Shown here: positions 1 to 9,691 of the stretch, piece after piece | Layout: every line of letters begins with the position of its first letter | Position numbering within the stretch: the stretch's first letter is position 1 | IMG/VR virus record: IMGVR_UViG_3300046820_000403 | Location: 1 to 55,042 of that record | Strand: one strand, 5' to 3' | Length of the DNA: 55,042 nucleotides | Origin: a virus | Taxonomy: Duplodnaviria > Caudoviricetes | Position numbers and translations under genes: made by a program | The notes under the pieces: model-generated | The model's database searches: none | Told to the model about the DNA's origin: nothing | What the model saw: the letters and a program-made list of their open reading frames with translations, nothing else

Positions 1-753
1 GGTGGAGGCGGTGGTGGTGTCATCTATATAGGCTCTTATTTAGTAAGTCCTGGTACAGGATATTCAATTACTATTGGTGGAGGTGGAGCTGGTGGAGCTA
101 CTAATAGTAACGGAACAGCAGGTTCAAACTCTACAGGATTTGGATATACAGCTATAGGTGGTGGCTTTGGTGGAAACATTGGAGCATCTGGTGGATCTGG
201 TGGATCTGGCGGTGGTACAGGACGAGATTCTTGGACAGCAGTTGGCGGCACTGCAACAGCTGGTCAAGGTCATAATGGAGGAGGTCAACAAAGAGATAGT
301 TATGGATCTGCTGGTGGAGGAGGAGGAGCTTGGGAAACTGGATATAGCGGATGGCTTGATCAATTTGCTAGAGCCCGAGTCTTAACTAGTGCAGGAGGTA
401 CAGGTTGGCCTATAGCTTGGACAGGTACAACAATATATTATGGTCCTGGTGGAGGTGGATCTTGGTACATAGCTGGAGGTAGTGCTCCAGGTAACGTTGG
501 TCCACCAGGAGGTGGGGACTTAGGTGACGGTGCTGGTAGAGGAAGTCTTCAAGATAATGGTAATGCTACAAGCGGTACTGCAAATAGAGGAGCAGGTGGT
601 GGAGGAGCTAGATTTGGAGCTGGTGGAACTGGAGGATCTGGAAGATGCGTACTACGTTACTATGGACCACAACGAGGATCAGGCGGAACTGTAACTTCAT
701 CTGGTGGATATACAATACACACATTTGATTCTGCAGGAACTTTTACAGCATAA
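1..753 (+). CDS. Glycine-rich tail fibre-like protein, 5'-truncated
   Basis: Open frame 1 from the window edge (GGGGGGVIYIGSY...YTIHTFDSAGTFTA*), TAA at 751-753; paralogous to the next gene; absent from the ORF track because it lacks a start. Confidence 0.8.
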   Translation, partial: GGGGGGVIYIGSYLVSPGTGYSITIGGGGAGGATNSNGTAGSNSTGFGYTAIGGGFGGNIGASGGSGGSGGGTGRDSWTAVGGTATAGQGHNGGGQQRDSYGSAGGGGGAWETGYSGWLDQFARARVLTSAGGTGWPIAWTGTTIYYGPGGGGSWYIAGGSAPGNVGPPGGGDLGDGAGRGSLQDNGNATSGTANRGAGGGGARFGAGGTGGSGRCVLRYYGPQRGSGGTVTSSGGYTIHTFDSAGTFTA

Positions 754-756
754 ATC

Positions 757-1797
757 ATGGCTTCATTAAAAAATACAACTATAAACGATACGGGAAACAT
801 CACACTACCTAATGGAACTGCTGCCCAACGGCCTTCTCCAGCAAATGGTATGATGAGGTTCAATACTGATAACGGCACTGCAGAGATATACAACAGTGCT
901 ACAGCTAACTGGAATCAAATAACAGATAGCACTTATACTGCTGAACTATTAGTGGTTGCAGGTGGAGGTGGAGGTGGAGGTTCTCAACTTTGGCAATACG
1001 GAGGTGGTGGAGGCGGAGGTGGCGGTGGTGTCATCTATGTAAGTTCGGTTACTATTACTAAGAATACATCATACACTATAACAGTAGGAGGTGGAGGTAA
1101 TGGTGGTGCGGTTGCTCAAAATCAACAAGTATCTGGAACATTTGCTACACAAGGACAAAACAGTACAGCATTTGGTTACACAGCTGTAGGTGGTGGAGCA
1201 GGAATGAGTTATGGTCAAAATACAAGTCTTACCATTTTAAATGGTGGGTCTGGAGGTGGAGGTGCACGTGATACTAATAGTAATAGAGGTACAGCTACAA
1301 GTGGTCAAGGTAATGTTGGTGGGTATGGTGGAGGAACCAGTTGTGCATCTGCTGGAGGAGGTGGCGGTGCTGGAGGAGCAGGAAATAATGGATGTACAGA
1401 TTGTAATGCTTCTCGAGCAACCAACTGTGCTAATGGTGGTGTAGGTGTAGCATATAGCTGGACAGGAACAAGTACGTATTATGGAGGGGGAGGAGGTGGA
1501 GGATACGAAGGATCAGGAGCTGGTAATCAACCTTTAGGTAATGGTGGAATTAGTGGTCCTGGTGGAAATGCTAGTATTACTCCTGGTGAGGCTGAGCCAA
1601 ATCCTTATGGAAGTCCTGGAGCACAAGGTACAGGACAAGGTGGTGGGGGTGGTAAAAGTACTGGTGGTTTTGCTGGAGGATCTGGTATAGTTATGATTAG
1701 ATATTCAGGTACTCCTATTGGTGAAGGTGGAACAATTGTTTTTTCATCAGGAGTTACGACTCACATATTTTATGGATCAGGAACTTATAAAGGATAG
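757..1797 (+). CDS. Glycine-rich tail fibre-like virion protein
   Basis: N-terminal LPNGTAAQRP...GMMRFNTD module, LLVVAGGGGGG, YYGGGGGGG and GGSGIVMIRY motifs typical of phage Gly-rich domains. Confidence 0.8.
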   Translation: MASLKNTTINDTGNITLPNGTAAQRPSPANGMMRFNTDNGTAEIYNSATANWNQITDSTYTAELLVVAGGGGGGGSQLWQYGGGGGGGGGGVIYVSSVTITKNTSYTITVGGGGNGGAVAQNQQVSGTFATQGQNSTAFGYTAVGGGAGMSYGQNTSLTILNGGSGGGGARDTNSNRGTATSGQGNVGGYGGGTSCASAGGGGGAGGAGNNGCTDCNASRATNCANGGVGVAYSWTGTSTYYGGGGGGGYEGSGAGNQPLGNGGISGPGGNASITPGEAEPNPYGSPGAQGTGQGGGGGKSTGGFAGGSGIVMIRYSGTPIGEGGTIVFSSGVTTHIFYGSGTYKG

Positions 1798-1800
1798 AAC

Positions 1801-1977
1801 ATGGCATCATTAAAGAATACAGTAATAAATGATACTGGTTTTCTAACGTTACCAGCAGGAAGTACAGCACAGAGACCTACTGCTGCTAATGGTATGATAA
1901 GAGTAAACACAAACACCACACCATATGTATTGGAGATATACAATGGTGCATGGAGAGTATTAAAAGTATTATTCTAA
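1801..1977 (+). CDS. 58-aa stand-alone copy of the tail-fibre N-terminal module
   Basis: MASLKNTVINDTGFLTLPAGSTAQRPTAANGMIRVNT...; closely similar to residues 1-50 of 757..1797; TAATG-coupled to the next gene. Confidence 0.8.
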   Translation: MASLKNTVINDTGFLTLPAGSTAQRPTAANGMIRVNTNTTPYVLEIYNGAWRVLKVLF

Positions 1978-2345
1978 TGGCACACTTTTCACAACTAGAT
2001 GAGAACAATATTGTCATCCAGGTACTTGTAGTATCGGATGATCAAGAACACAGAGGAGAAGAATTCTTATCTGTTGACCTAGGACTAGGTGGTAGATGGG
2101 TTCAAACATCTTATAACACTATAGGAGGACAACATTTATATGGAGGTACTCCGTTTAGAAAGAACTTTGGGGCTATAGGTTATCAATACAGAGAAGACCT
2201 AGATGCTTTCATCAGTCCTAAACCTTATCCTTCTTGGGATATATTGAATGAAGAAACAGGACTATATGAATGCCCTGTTCCTTATCCTGGTAATGGATCA
2301 TATAAATGGGATGAAGAAACTCTATCTTGGATTGAGTCTTACTAA
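1977..2345 (+). CDS. Conserved phage protein associated with Gly-rich tail genes (possible fibre accessory/chaperone)
   Basis: MAHFSQLDENNIV...WVQTSYN...FRKNFGAIGY...DAFISPKPYPSW; start moved to the coupled ATG at 1977. Confidence 0.7.
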   Translation: MAHFSQLDENNIVIQVLVVSDDQEHRGEEFLSVDLGLGGRWVQTSYNTIGGQHLYGGTPFRKNFGAIGYQYREDLDAFISPKPYPSWDILNEETGLYECPVPYPGNGSYKWDEETLSWIESY

Positions 2346-3386
2346 AGAATTAATTACATCATCTACAGAGATACTCTTATGGCATTCAAACTGTCTAGGA
2401 GTATCTTCGTGTTCAGGACACCAGTTCCAATCTCCCTTGTTGAATCTAAACTTAGGGTTATTCCAACATCCATTGCACACCTTTCTATTATCTACACGTA
2501 TACATTCGAACTCGTGATTTGCTTCTGTGAAGTTAGCAATCATAACCACTTGTGCATTTACTGCCCAGGCTAACCAACTTATTCCACTACTTAGTCCTAT
2601 ATAGAACTCACATCCACGGAGGTGATTTATAACACTATCTAGAGAAGTATCTTCTAACTTTTCTGCACCATAATCATTTGCTTCTTTAGATAGTTCTATC
2701 ACTCTGTATCCTTGATCTTTCAATCTACTAATCAGCTCTGGCCACTTATCCCAATGTTTACATTGAGAGGTACTCATTGTAGATATACATACATACTTCT
2801 CACCTTCTAGTAATACTCCTGGTAGATCAATGATCCTTGGTCTTATCTCTTTGTAAGGTAGATGTAATATATTACATGCGGCTTGTTGTAATGGTATTGT
2901 TACAGGATTGACAGGTTCTTTGTCTTTGTTCCAGTGCCATCCTAGCTGAGGCATAGCTACAATGTTATTCACAACAGATCCTGGTTCTACAAACTCAAGC
3001 TCAGGATATTCAAACAAGAAGTTCTTGAACGTGCTTACAATAACATCACACTGATACTTCTTCTTGAACTCTAAGCAATACGGCATCCATGCTATGGTAT
3101 CTCCTAGCGATGAGCTATCAAAAGATATGAACACACGCTTACCACGTAGATGTTGTAAGAAGCTTATGCGATGTTTCAATACACCCTTGCTGTTTCTAGC
3201 CTCCACAAAGAAGTTACCTATGTAGCGTACATCTAGTTTCATCCACGTGTTCTTACTAAGAGTTGTACCATAGTGTTCTTTACGTTCACCATCTATCTCT
3301 TCAATGAATGTACACACGTAATCTTCCTCACAGTCTGTCACCTCAAAGAAAAGCCCATCAATATTGTAGAAGTTATAATTAAACAT
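2322..3386 (-). CDS. Autotransporter O-heptosyltransferase-like protein (TibC/Aah, GT-B fold)
   Basis: SSSLGDTIAWMPY, FYIGLSSGISWLAWA and C-terminal VCNGCWN...WCP...FECHKSI iron-finger-like cysteines. Confidence 0.8.
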   Translation of the reverse strand: MFNYNFYNIDGLFFEVTDCEEDYVCTFIEEIDGERKEHYGTTLSKNTWMKLDVRYIGNFFVEARNSKGVLKHRISFLQHLRGKRVFISFDSSSLGDTIAWMPYCLEFKKKYQCDVIVSTFKNFLFEYPELEFVEPGSVVNNIVAMPQLGWHWNKDKEPVNPVTIPLQQAACNILHLPYKEIRPRIIDLPGVLLEGEKYVCISTMSTSQCKHWDKWPELISRLKDQGYRVIELSKEANDYGAEKLEDTSLDSVINHLRGCEFYIGLSSGISWLAWAVNAQVVMIANFTEANHEFECIRVDNRKVCNGCWNNPKFRFNKGDWNWCPEHEDTPRQFECHKSISVDDVINSLVRLNPR

Positions 3387-4395
3387 ATGATTCTATATAA
3401 GCTTTAGTTGTATCTGCACTCGTCCACTTCTTACTAATAATTCCTGCAGCGTCGTACATCTTCTTAAGCTGTAGACATATCCAGAACCAATCATGACTTC
3501 TACGCTGCTCCATTTGATCAGTGTAGTATCTGTACCACTGTCTATCTAATACAACTAATCCTTTGATTGCCTCCTGTGTACTTATCTCTGACATCCTGTA
3601 CATACCAGGAAGCTCAGCATTACATGTACCAATAATTGGTAGGCCGCAGCTCATTGCTTCTAGGACGGATAGATTAGGATGACCATACTCTAACATTGAT
3701 GGAGCCATAAAGATACTATGTGTTTGGTATAGTTCTAATGTTTCTGCATCTGTAGGATTTGTACACTTGAGCGTAAGCCTTTCATACTCTAATAGATCTG
3801 GATGACCCTTAAAGAACTCTAGGTTATTCTCAGGACCAGCGATTGTGATATCTAAACCAAAGCGCTTAGCTGCCTCAATAGCATATCTAAATCCTTTACG
3901 ATCAATAGTACTATCACCTGCCATACCATTGTTACATATCATTAATATTTTTTTCTTTGTACGCTCTTCTGGTATAATGGGCTTGAAGAAATCTGTGTCT
4001 ACGCCATGACGTAGATAGAATAGCTTATCTGTACCATCAAAGTAACCAATGATGTGTTTACTATGACATATAGAGAACACAGATCCCTTGATAGCTGCTA
4101 GGTTGTTATGGTATACACCACTATCCTTACCATAGTATTCAGCATGATGATCATGTAGAGAGTATACATACGGTATACCTCTGTCTCTCATCTCTAGAGC
4201 TGTGTTGGCCATGTGACAATGCACAAGCTGATTGTTTTTCTTCTCTACTTGATTAGAGTATAGCACACTAACATTCATACCAAGTCTAGTAAGTCTATCC
4301 TGGTACATTGCTATGATGCGCTCTACAGCTCCCCAACCATTTGGTGGTATGCTGATTAGTCCTGTTGCTACTTGTACTATGTCCATATGTTCCAT
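3379..4395 (-). CDS. Glycosyltransferase family 4
   Basis: IPPNGWGAVE, HGVDTDFF, RKG, EYGHPNLSVLEAMSCGLPII. Confidence 0.85.
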   Translation of the reverse strand: MEHMDIVQVATGLISIPPNGWGAVERIIAMYQDRLTRLGMNVSVLYSNQVEKKNNQLVHCHMANTALEMRDRGIPYVYSLHDHHAEYYGKDSGVYHNNLAAIKGSVFSICHSKHIIGYFDGTDKLFYLRHGVDTDFFKPIIPEERTKKKILMICNNGMAGDSTIDRKGFRYAIEAAKRFGLDITIAGPENNLEFFKGHPDLLEYERLTLKCTNPTDAETLELYQTHSIFMAPSMLEYGHPNLSVLEAMSCGLPIIGTCNAELPGMYRMSEISTQEAIKGLVVLDRQWYRYYTDQMEQRRSHDWFWICLQLKKMYDAAGIISKKWTSADTTKAYIESYV

Positions 4396-5045
4396 TTGGT
4401 TCTAAATTTCAATTCATCTTCTGCCAATTTCTCTATCTTCTCCTCACTCATTGGCATACCTATAGTGTGAGTGTTTTTGTGATCTGCTAGTGAGTCTTTT
4501 ACAAGCGCATGTTTTATTCCTTTTTGTTTTAAGCACTCTGCAAGATCATTGTCCTGATAGTACATATCAAACTGTTCGTCTAAAGGAAAGATCTTATATA
4601 ACACCGTGCGCTTAAGTAATACACTCCATCCCTGGAATAATTCTGTCACGTTATATCCTTCATGATGTGTTTCTTTATTACTGAATAGATGTGGAAACCA
4701 CACCTTGTGTAACACTGTATCTCTAGGAGAGAATGATTCTATATTAGGATGTTGTTCATGTACCTTCATCATTTCATTGAACCAGTCTGGGTGGTATGTT
4801 ACGTCATCATTGGAGATGAGCACCCAATCATTACTTATATACTCTAGCGCATGATTAATGAATCTATTGTAGTTGAACTTCTCTTTAATCACCACGTATG
4901 TACCTATACCTCGGTATATTCTATAGTCTTCTCGTTTGCACACTAGTATGATACTCACATTACCTCCAGACTTTATGGAGTCAATTGTTCGTTGAGTCAT
5001 CTCAGGATCCCTGCTGTCGGTTAATATAATTGCGTCTATATTCAT
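4377..5045 (-). CDS. Glycosyltransferase family 2-like
   Basis: FNYNRFIN, ISNDDV, LDEQFDMYYQDND. Confidence 0.8.
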   Translation of the reverse strand: MNIDAIILTDSRDPEMTQRTIDSIKSGGNVSIILVCKREDYRIYRGIGTYVVIKEKFNYNRFINHALEYISNDWVLISNDDVTYHPDWFNEMMKVHEQHPNIESFSPRDTVLHKVWFPHLFSNKETHHEGYNVTELFQGWSVLLKRTVLYKIFPLDEQFDMYYQDNDLAECLKQKGIKHALVKDSLADHKNTHTIGMPMSEEKIEKLAEDELKFRTKWNIWT

Positions 5046-5566
5046 TTCTTTATTCCGTAAAAGTATAAGTCGTGTGTAAAATGATTAACATCAAATTGGA
5101 ACTCAGAGAATTCGTTCTCTAAGTCTAATGCTGTTCTCACATCATGTTCATTAATGTTCATATAGTAGTCTTGTGTAGCAGGAGAGTCTGCAGGTGATGT
5201 ACGTCGTGTACCGTGTTCATGTCTACCATCTGTAGCACATGTAAAGATAAACATACCTCCTGGTCTTAATAGTTTACGTACAATGTTTCTTAATGTATAC
5301 GTATAGTGTTCATCATGCTCAAAACATTCTGAACTAATCACTACATCAAAGTGAATCAATGGTTTGAACTCATGACCTTTTATCACTACATCTACATTAC
5401 GCCCTGGACAAATGTCCACACCTACATATTTGTAATCTTCAAAGAGATAACGATTGTTACCATTAATGTCTAGCGATCCTATATCACATACATGTACGTT
5501 CCTGAAGAACTCAGGACGCTTTTCCTTTACATAGTTGCACCATTGCTTCTGTTCTTGATGTGCCAT
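5042..5566 (-). CDS. Class I SAM-dependent methyltransferase
   Basis: VCDIGSLDING, YVGVD, FDVVISSECFEHD, LRPGGMF. Confidence 0.85.
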   Translation of the reverse strand: MAHQEQKQWCNYVKEKRPEFFRNVHVCDIGSLDINGNNRYLFEDYKYVGVDICPGRNVDVVIKGHEFKPLIHFDVVISSECFEHDEHYTYTLRNIVRKLLRPGGMFIFTCATDGRHEHGTRRTSPADSPATQDYYMNINEHDVRTALDLENEFSEFQFDVNHFTHDLYFYGIKK

Positions 5567-8187
5567 TACTTTCTAAATGTTTTAAACTGTTGGTCAATTA
5601 ATGAATAGCCATCTGCTTGTGTGGTCAAACGCTTATGTACAATACCCATGTTGTATCCACTACCATAGTATATACTATTGAAGTACATATCTGCAGCATC
5701 CCAAGGATGTGTTCTTAGTTTATTCTTCAGATAGCTTTTAGCAAATTTAGGGAACATGATACATTGCATACCTATAAGATGATCCGTGATGTACATATCA
5801 TCGTTCACTTCCTTCACTACAGGACTTTGTGGCCAGCCAAATTCTAGAGTGTCCTTGTCACCAAATGACATGAATCCTATGTTATTAGCTTCTAGCTTTG
5901 ATGCACACCCTTCTACCATGTAAACAAATTTGTTTATATCTTCTTCTATGATACAATCACCTTCACATACTATTAGGTAGTCACATTCGTCGAACTCTGA
6001 GAGGATTGCGTTTTTAAATGCCTCGTAACATCCATAATGAGCTGGGGTAAGGGCTGTACCCAATCTAGCAACTGTTTCTGAATCGAAGAGTTCCATTGAG
6101 ACGCAGTCTGGCCTGATACAGTTATGTCTTGGTGGCAGATCCTTATATGGGTGGTTTGTGTGGAGGATGTACTCCCAACCGTAATTTCGAACTCGTTCGA
6201 GTGAACTTCTACTTGACTGCTCTCTGTCATCGTTTAGTGTGGTTTGAATATGTACTAGTTTAATCTTTGGTTTATCAACAACTGGCTTACTTCCAGTTAG
6301 CGTCTTTATAACTCCTATTGGATTATCTACGCAAAATTCTCTTACAGAATTATTTTCTTCTAGCTCTAACTTAGCTGTATAAACATCATCATCTAATTTT
6401 AAATAGTATTCTCTATTTCCAGTATGCCAAAGAGTTAATGAGTTTCCTTCTTTATCATATGTATTAAGACTATAGAAAGGAACTGTATCATTATATGTAT
6501 AGAAATAGAAGTAGTTACAATTGTCTTCCTCACACCTAACAATACCTACATACTCACTGTTAGAAGACTTACCCTCACCTGTGTGTAATAATAATGTTTC
6601 AAACACTGGATGCTCCACCCACACGCCTTCTGTTTTCTGCACCTTCTTCATCATGTAATCTTCTAAGAAGTTATGAGCTCCTATAGATTCACATAACATA
6701 TTGTATTCCTCTGGCGTACGTACATCATCTAATAGTGTAGTGACAAAGTTTGTATTGAAGAACATGCCATTAGTCTGTATACCTTTACCAAATGGTGTGT
6801 TCAATGTAGCCAGTACAGCTTTCCACTCACCACTTAACTTACCAAAATATGTATTGATTGTTGGGTAATCAAGGTTACTTATTACATGATCAAAGGTTAC
6901 GTAGAACATCTTGGTATAACCAAATCCCTTAGCAGCTTTACCTGCATTAATTAAGTTGGTTAACACTGTTAATGATTGATTACTCTTTCCTTCAATACGC
7001 ATCTCTACACTATAGTCCTCTGCACTACGAGTGAATCTATTGTAGTAGCTATGATGTGTCAACGGATTGTGCTTATCATAAACATAGTAATCTACCATAT
7101 CTTGTACCTCTCTATTCACAGGATAATGACTAACCAACATAATTGGTCTACCTAACTCCTTAGCACTCTTGATACATTCAATAGTGAGGTCTTCTCTAGC
7201 CTTAGTGTCAGGATATGTACCTATGACAACAAGCTCATTGTTTTTTTCTTGTAGGTTTAATATACGTTTCATATTTATACTGTCAGTATAACTATCGCCA
7301 GTTAAATAAACTACGTCCTTATAATCATTGTACTTATTACAATATACATCTAAGTTGTACATCATCTTAGGTAGGTCTGGATAGCACATAGCTTCCTTAA
7401 TAGCAATAGGGTTGAGCTCTTTGTTACCTCTGTCTCCCTTGGATGGAAATAAGAACAGGTCAGACTCAAACACCCATTGATTAATTATACTTGACTCTCC
7501 ATGTACTATACAGTTGTCTGGTAGATCTTCCATCAATGGTTTCCAGTAGTCTTCAAAGTTGCCTGCTTGGTTACCTAAGAAGTGGAACTTTACATTGTAG
7601 TCTACAAGATGTCTTGCTATCTCTATAGCATATCCCTGGTTCTTACGCTGTGTCCACAGTCCAACAATTATGACATGTTTGAATTCTCCATTGTGTCTAT
7701 CACGCCCAGCCTCATCTACAGGATACTCAATAACACGCATTGGTACTTCTAGATGAGAATACTTAAAGATGTTGTATGCACTAACAAACACAAACTCATC
7801 TGGCATCCATCTTTTATGATCAGGATTGAATGAGCTATCATGTGTACTCTCTACAATACGATATGTTCTATCCTCACTGTATACTTCTCTAGCTAGATCA
7901 TTGTCCATGAACATCTCAGGAAACTCTTCCATAGATATGACATCTGGATTGAACTGTTCGATAAAATCTAACAGTTCCTTTTTGTTCTCTCCTAAAGACA
8001 AGAAGTTCTTTCCGACAATGTCAATAATCTTATTACGTTGCACTACAAAGTTCCATGCAAGGAACGCATACTCCACCACCAAGATGTCAAAGTGATCGTT
8101 AAGTAGTCTTACTTTGTTTAATGTTACCTGTGGCGCTCCTCCTGTAGAGAAATGAGGAGATACTATTAGGAGCCTTTTTCGTGACAT
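5566..8187 (-). CDS. Multidomain glycosyltransferase (GT4-like N-terminus, central GT-A-like domain, GT25-like C-terminus)
   Basis: PHFSTGGAPQ...RKNQ...ELNPIAIKEA; central FYVTFDHVI; C-terminal AHYGCY...LIVCEGDC...AADMY. Confidence 0.7.
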   Translation of the reverse strand: MSRKRLLIVSPHFSTGGAPQVTLNKVRLLNDHFDILVVEYAFLAWNFVVQRNKIIDIVGKNFLSLGENKKELLDFIEQFNPDVISMEEFPEMFMDNDLAREVYSEDRTYRIVESTHDSSFNPDHKRWMPDEFVFVSAYNIFKYSHLEVPMRVIEYPVDEAGRDRHNGEFKHVIIVGLWTQRKNQGYAIEIARHLVDYNVKFHFLGNQAGNFEDYWKPLMEDLPDNCIVHGESSIINQWVFESDLFLFPSKGDRGNKELNPIAIKEAMCYPDLPKMMYNLDVYCNKYNDYKDVVYLTGDSYTDSINMKRILNLQEKNNELVVIGTYPDTKAREDLTIECIKSAKELGRPIMLVSHYPVNREVQDMVDYYVYDKHNPLTHHSYYNRFTRSAEDYSVEMRIEGKSNQSLTVLTNLINAGKAAKGFGYTKMFYVTFDHVISNLDYPTINTYFGKLSGEWKAVLATLNTPFGKGIQTNGMFFNTNFVTTLLDDVRTPEEYNMLCESIGAHNFLEDYMMKKVQKTEGVWVEHPVFETLLLHTGEGKSSNSEYVGIVRCEEDNCNYFYFYTYNDTVPFYSLNTYDKEGNSLTLWHTGNREYYLKLDDDVYTAKLELEENNSVREFCVDNPIGVIKTLTGSKPVVDKPKIKLVHIQTTLNDDREQSSRSSLERVRNYGWEYILHTNHPYKDLPPRHNCIRPDCVSMELFDSETVARLGTALTPAHYGCYEAFKNAILSEFDECDYLIVCEGDCIIEEDINKFVYMVEGCASKLEANNIGFMSFGDKDTLEFGWPQSPVVKEVNDDMYITDHLIGMQCIMFPKFAKSYLKNKLRTHPWDAADMYFNSIYYGSGYNMGIVHKRLTTQADGYSLIDQQFKTFRK

Positions 8188-9122
8188 GTTATTGTTTTTG
8201 CAAGGTTATACACTCTATCTACATCTGGGTGACACTCAAATGTTTCTTTCTTTTCTAGACATCCAATCAATGGTTGTACGTAATCTATTGTAGGCCAATA
8301 CTCTAATGCATACTTCATATTAGAACAACAGTGCAGACTGCACGACCCCTCTACATAGTGGTATCGATATGTCTGACTATTAGCCCTATAAGGTATTCTG
8401 AATTCAGGAGCTAGTGAAGATCCTAGATGTATGATCTCACTGCGTGTTGTACCTGCTAGATGTAGCAGTCCGCTATCCATAGTGATAAAGCATGCGGCTT
8501 TATTTATGAGGTGCCAGCAATCAGATATGCTGGTCTTGTTCATGAGGTTCATGCCTAGAGGTATCTCAAAGTTGAACACAGGTTTCTCTACATTGAAGAA
8601 TCCAGTCTCACTACTATCCTTACCTATACTGATGACATGTATACCTATTGCGTTGAGTCTCTCTGTTAACTCCATCCACTTCTCAGCTGGCCACGTTCTG
8701 TTAGCCCATGTGGTTACAGGATGTATTAATACATAATGTTCAGGTAGTTCCATCTCAAAGTTTGTGAGAGGGATGTAATCACACTTCATCTCATCTTTAC
8801 GTAACATAAAGCCTAGATGTATTGCATGGAACTGGCGTATGTCCATGGTGTTGTGCTTCATCTCTATACCGCGTTCATCTTTTTTGCCCACCAAATAGAA
8901 TGAATTATGCACAATGAAATGTTCATTGAAGTAATCCCAATCGATTGATGTGGATTTGTAACTAGTCTCTACGTATGGTAGTTTCTTGAACAACTCTGGC
9001 ATAGGACTCACCACAGTTATCTTCTGCTGATATGATTCTGACAGTTTTCTTATTGTGGGTGTTGCACATATAAGATCGCCTAGAGCAGGACATTCGCTAA
9101 GATTTAAGCAAACAGGCTTCAT
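8166..9122 (-). CDS. GT9 / heptosyltransferase-like glycosyltransferase
   Basis: ALGDLICATP, HPVTTWANRTW, FITMDSGLLHLAG; start moved to MKPVCLN at 9122. Confidence 0.85.
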   Translation of the reverse strand: MKPVCLNLSECPALGDLICATPTIRKLSESYQQKITVVSPMPELFKKLPYVETSYKSTSIDWDYFNEHFIVHNSFYLVGKKDERGIEMKHNTMDIRQFHAIHLGFMLRKDEMKCDYIPLTNFEMELPEHYVLIHPVTTWANRTWPAEKWMELTERLNAIGIHVISIGKDSSETGFFNVEKPVFNFEIPLGMNLMNKTSISDCWHLINKAACFITMDSGLLHLAGTTRSEIIHLGSSLAPEFRIPYRANSQTYRYHYVEGSCSLHCCSNMKYALEYWPTIDYVQPLIGCLEKKETFECHPDVDRVYNLAKTITCHEKGS

Positions 9123-9139
9123 ATAGTTGTTGGTTTGTT

Positions 9140-9171
9140 CAAAGTTAAATATATTTACATAAAAATACAAG
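9140..9171 (-). promoter_or_regulatory. Bacteroidota sigmaA-like promoter for the glycosyltransferase island
   Basis: Minus strand CTTG-N20-TAACTTTG upstream of the ATG at 9122. Confidence 0.5.
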
Positions 9172-9173
9172 AC

Positions 9174-9542
9174 ATGCAAATAGAAGTTAGTATAGGTGAA
9201 GCGCTGGATAAAGTATCCATCCTCACAATTAAGTTAAACAAGATACAGGAGACTGATAAACTACGTAACATTGCCAAAGAACTTAACTCCATTACTAAAG
9301 AGTTGCCTAGAGGAATACTAGAAGACAACCTGTATGAAAAGTTATGTAGTGTGAACCTACGTCTATGGGAGATAGAAGATGAGATAAGAGAGTGTGAGCG
9401 CACAGGTGACTTTAATCTTAACTTTATACGTCTAGCACGTGCAGTTTATCATCGTAATGATGAGAGAGCTAATATAAAAAGAGAGATAAACATAAAGTAT
9501 AAGTCTGAGCTAATAGAAGAAAAATCCTATAAGCCCTATTAA
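9174..9542 (+). CDS. DUF6165-like protein
   Basis: IEVSIGEALDKVSILTIK...VNLRLWEIEDEIR...LARAVYHRNDERANIK...EEKSY. Confidence 0.8.
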   Translation: MQIEVSIGEALDKVSILTIKLNKIQETDKLRNIAKELNSITKELPRGILEDNLYEKLCSVNLRLWEIEDEIRECERTGDFNLNFIRLARAVYHRNDERANIKREINIKYKSELIEEKSYKPY

Positions 9543-9645
9543 TTAAAAATTTATTTGCATAATTCAATTAGATTACAGATCTTTGTTATAAGTCTCCGAG
9601 ATCCTCTCGCATTTATTATACTTACCATTTCATTTCATCAACTAC

Positions 9646-9691
9646 ATAGCACTCTAACCACATGTTGGTCTGGCAGTGCTATTTTATTTTT
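9646..9691 (+). terminator. Intrinsic terminator-like hairpin just upstream of the lysis cassette
   Basis: ATAGCACT...AGTGCTAT stem followed by TTTATTTTT. Confidence 0.5.

Noticed and set aside
36-1444. Short alternative-frame ORFs (36..251, 124..363, 158..385, 660..893, 1241..1444)
   Set aside because: Shadows of GGN-rich glycine codons in the real genes
1-2345. Diversity-generating retroelement or invertible tail cassette
   Set aside because: No reverse transcriptase or recombinase seen, and paralog differences are not adenine-specific by eye
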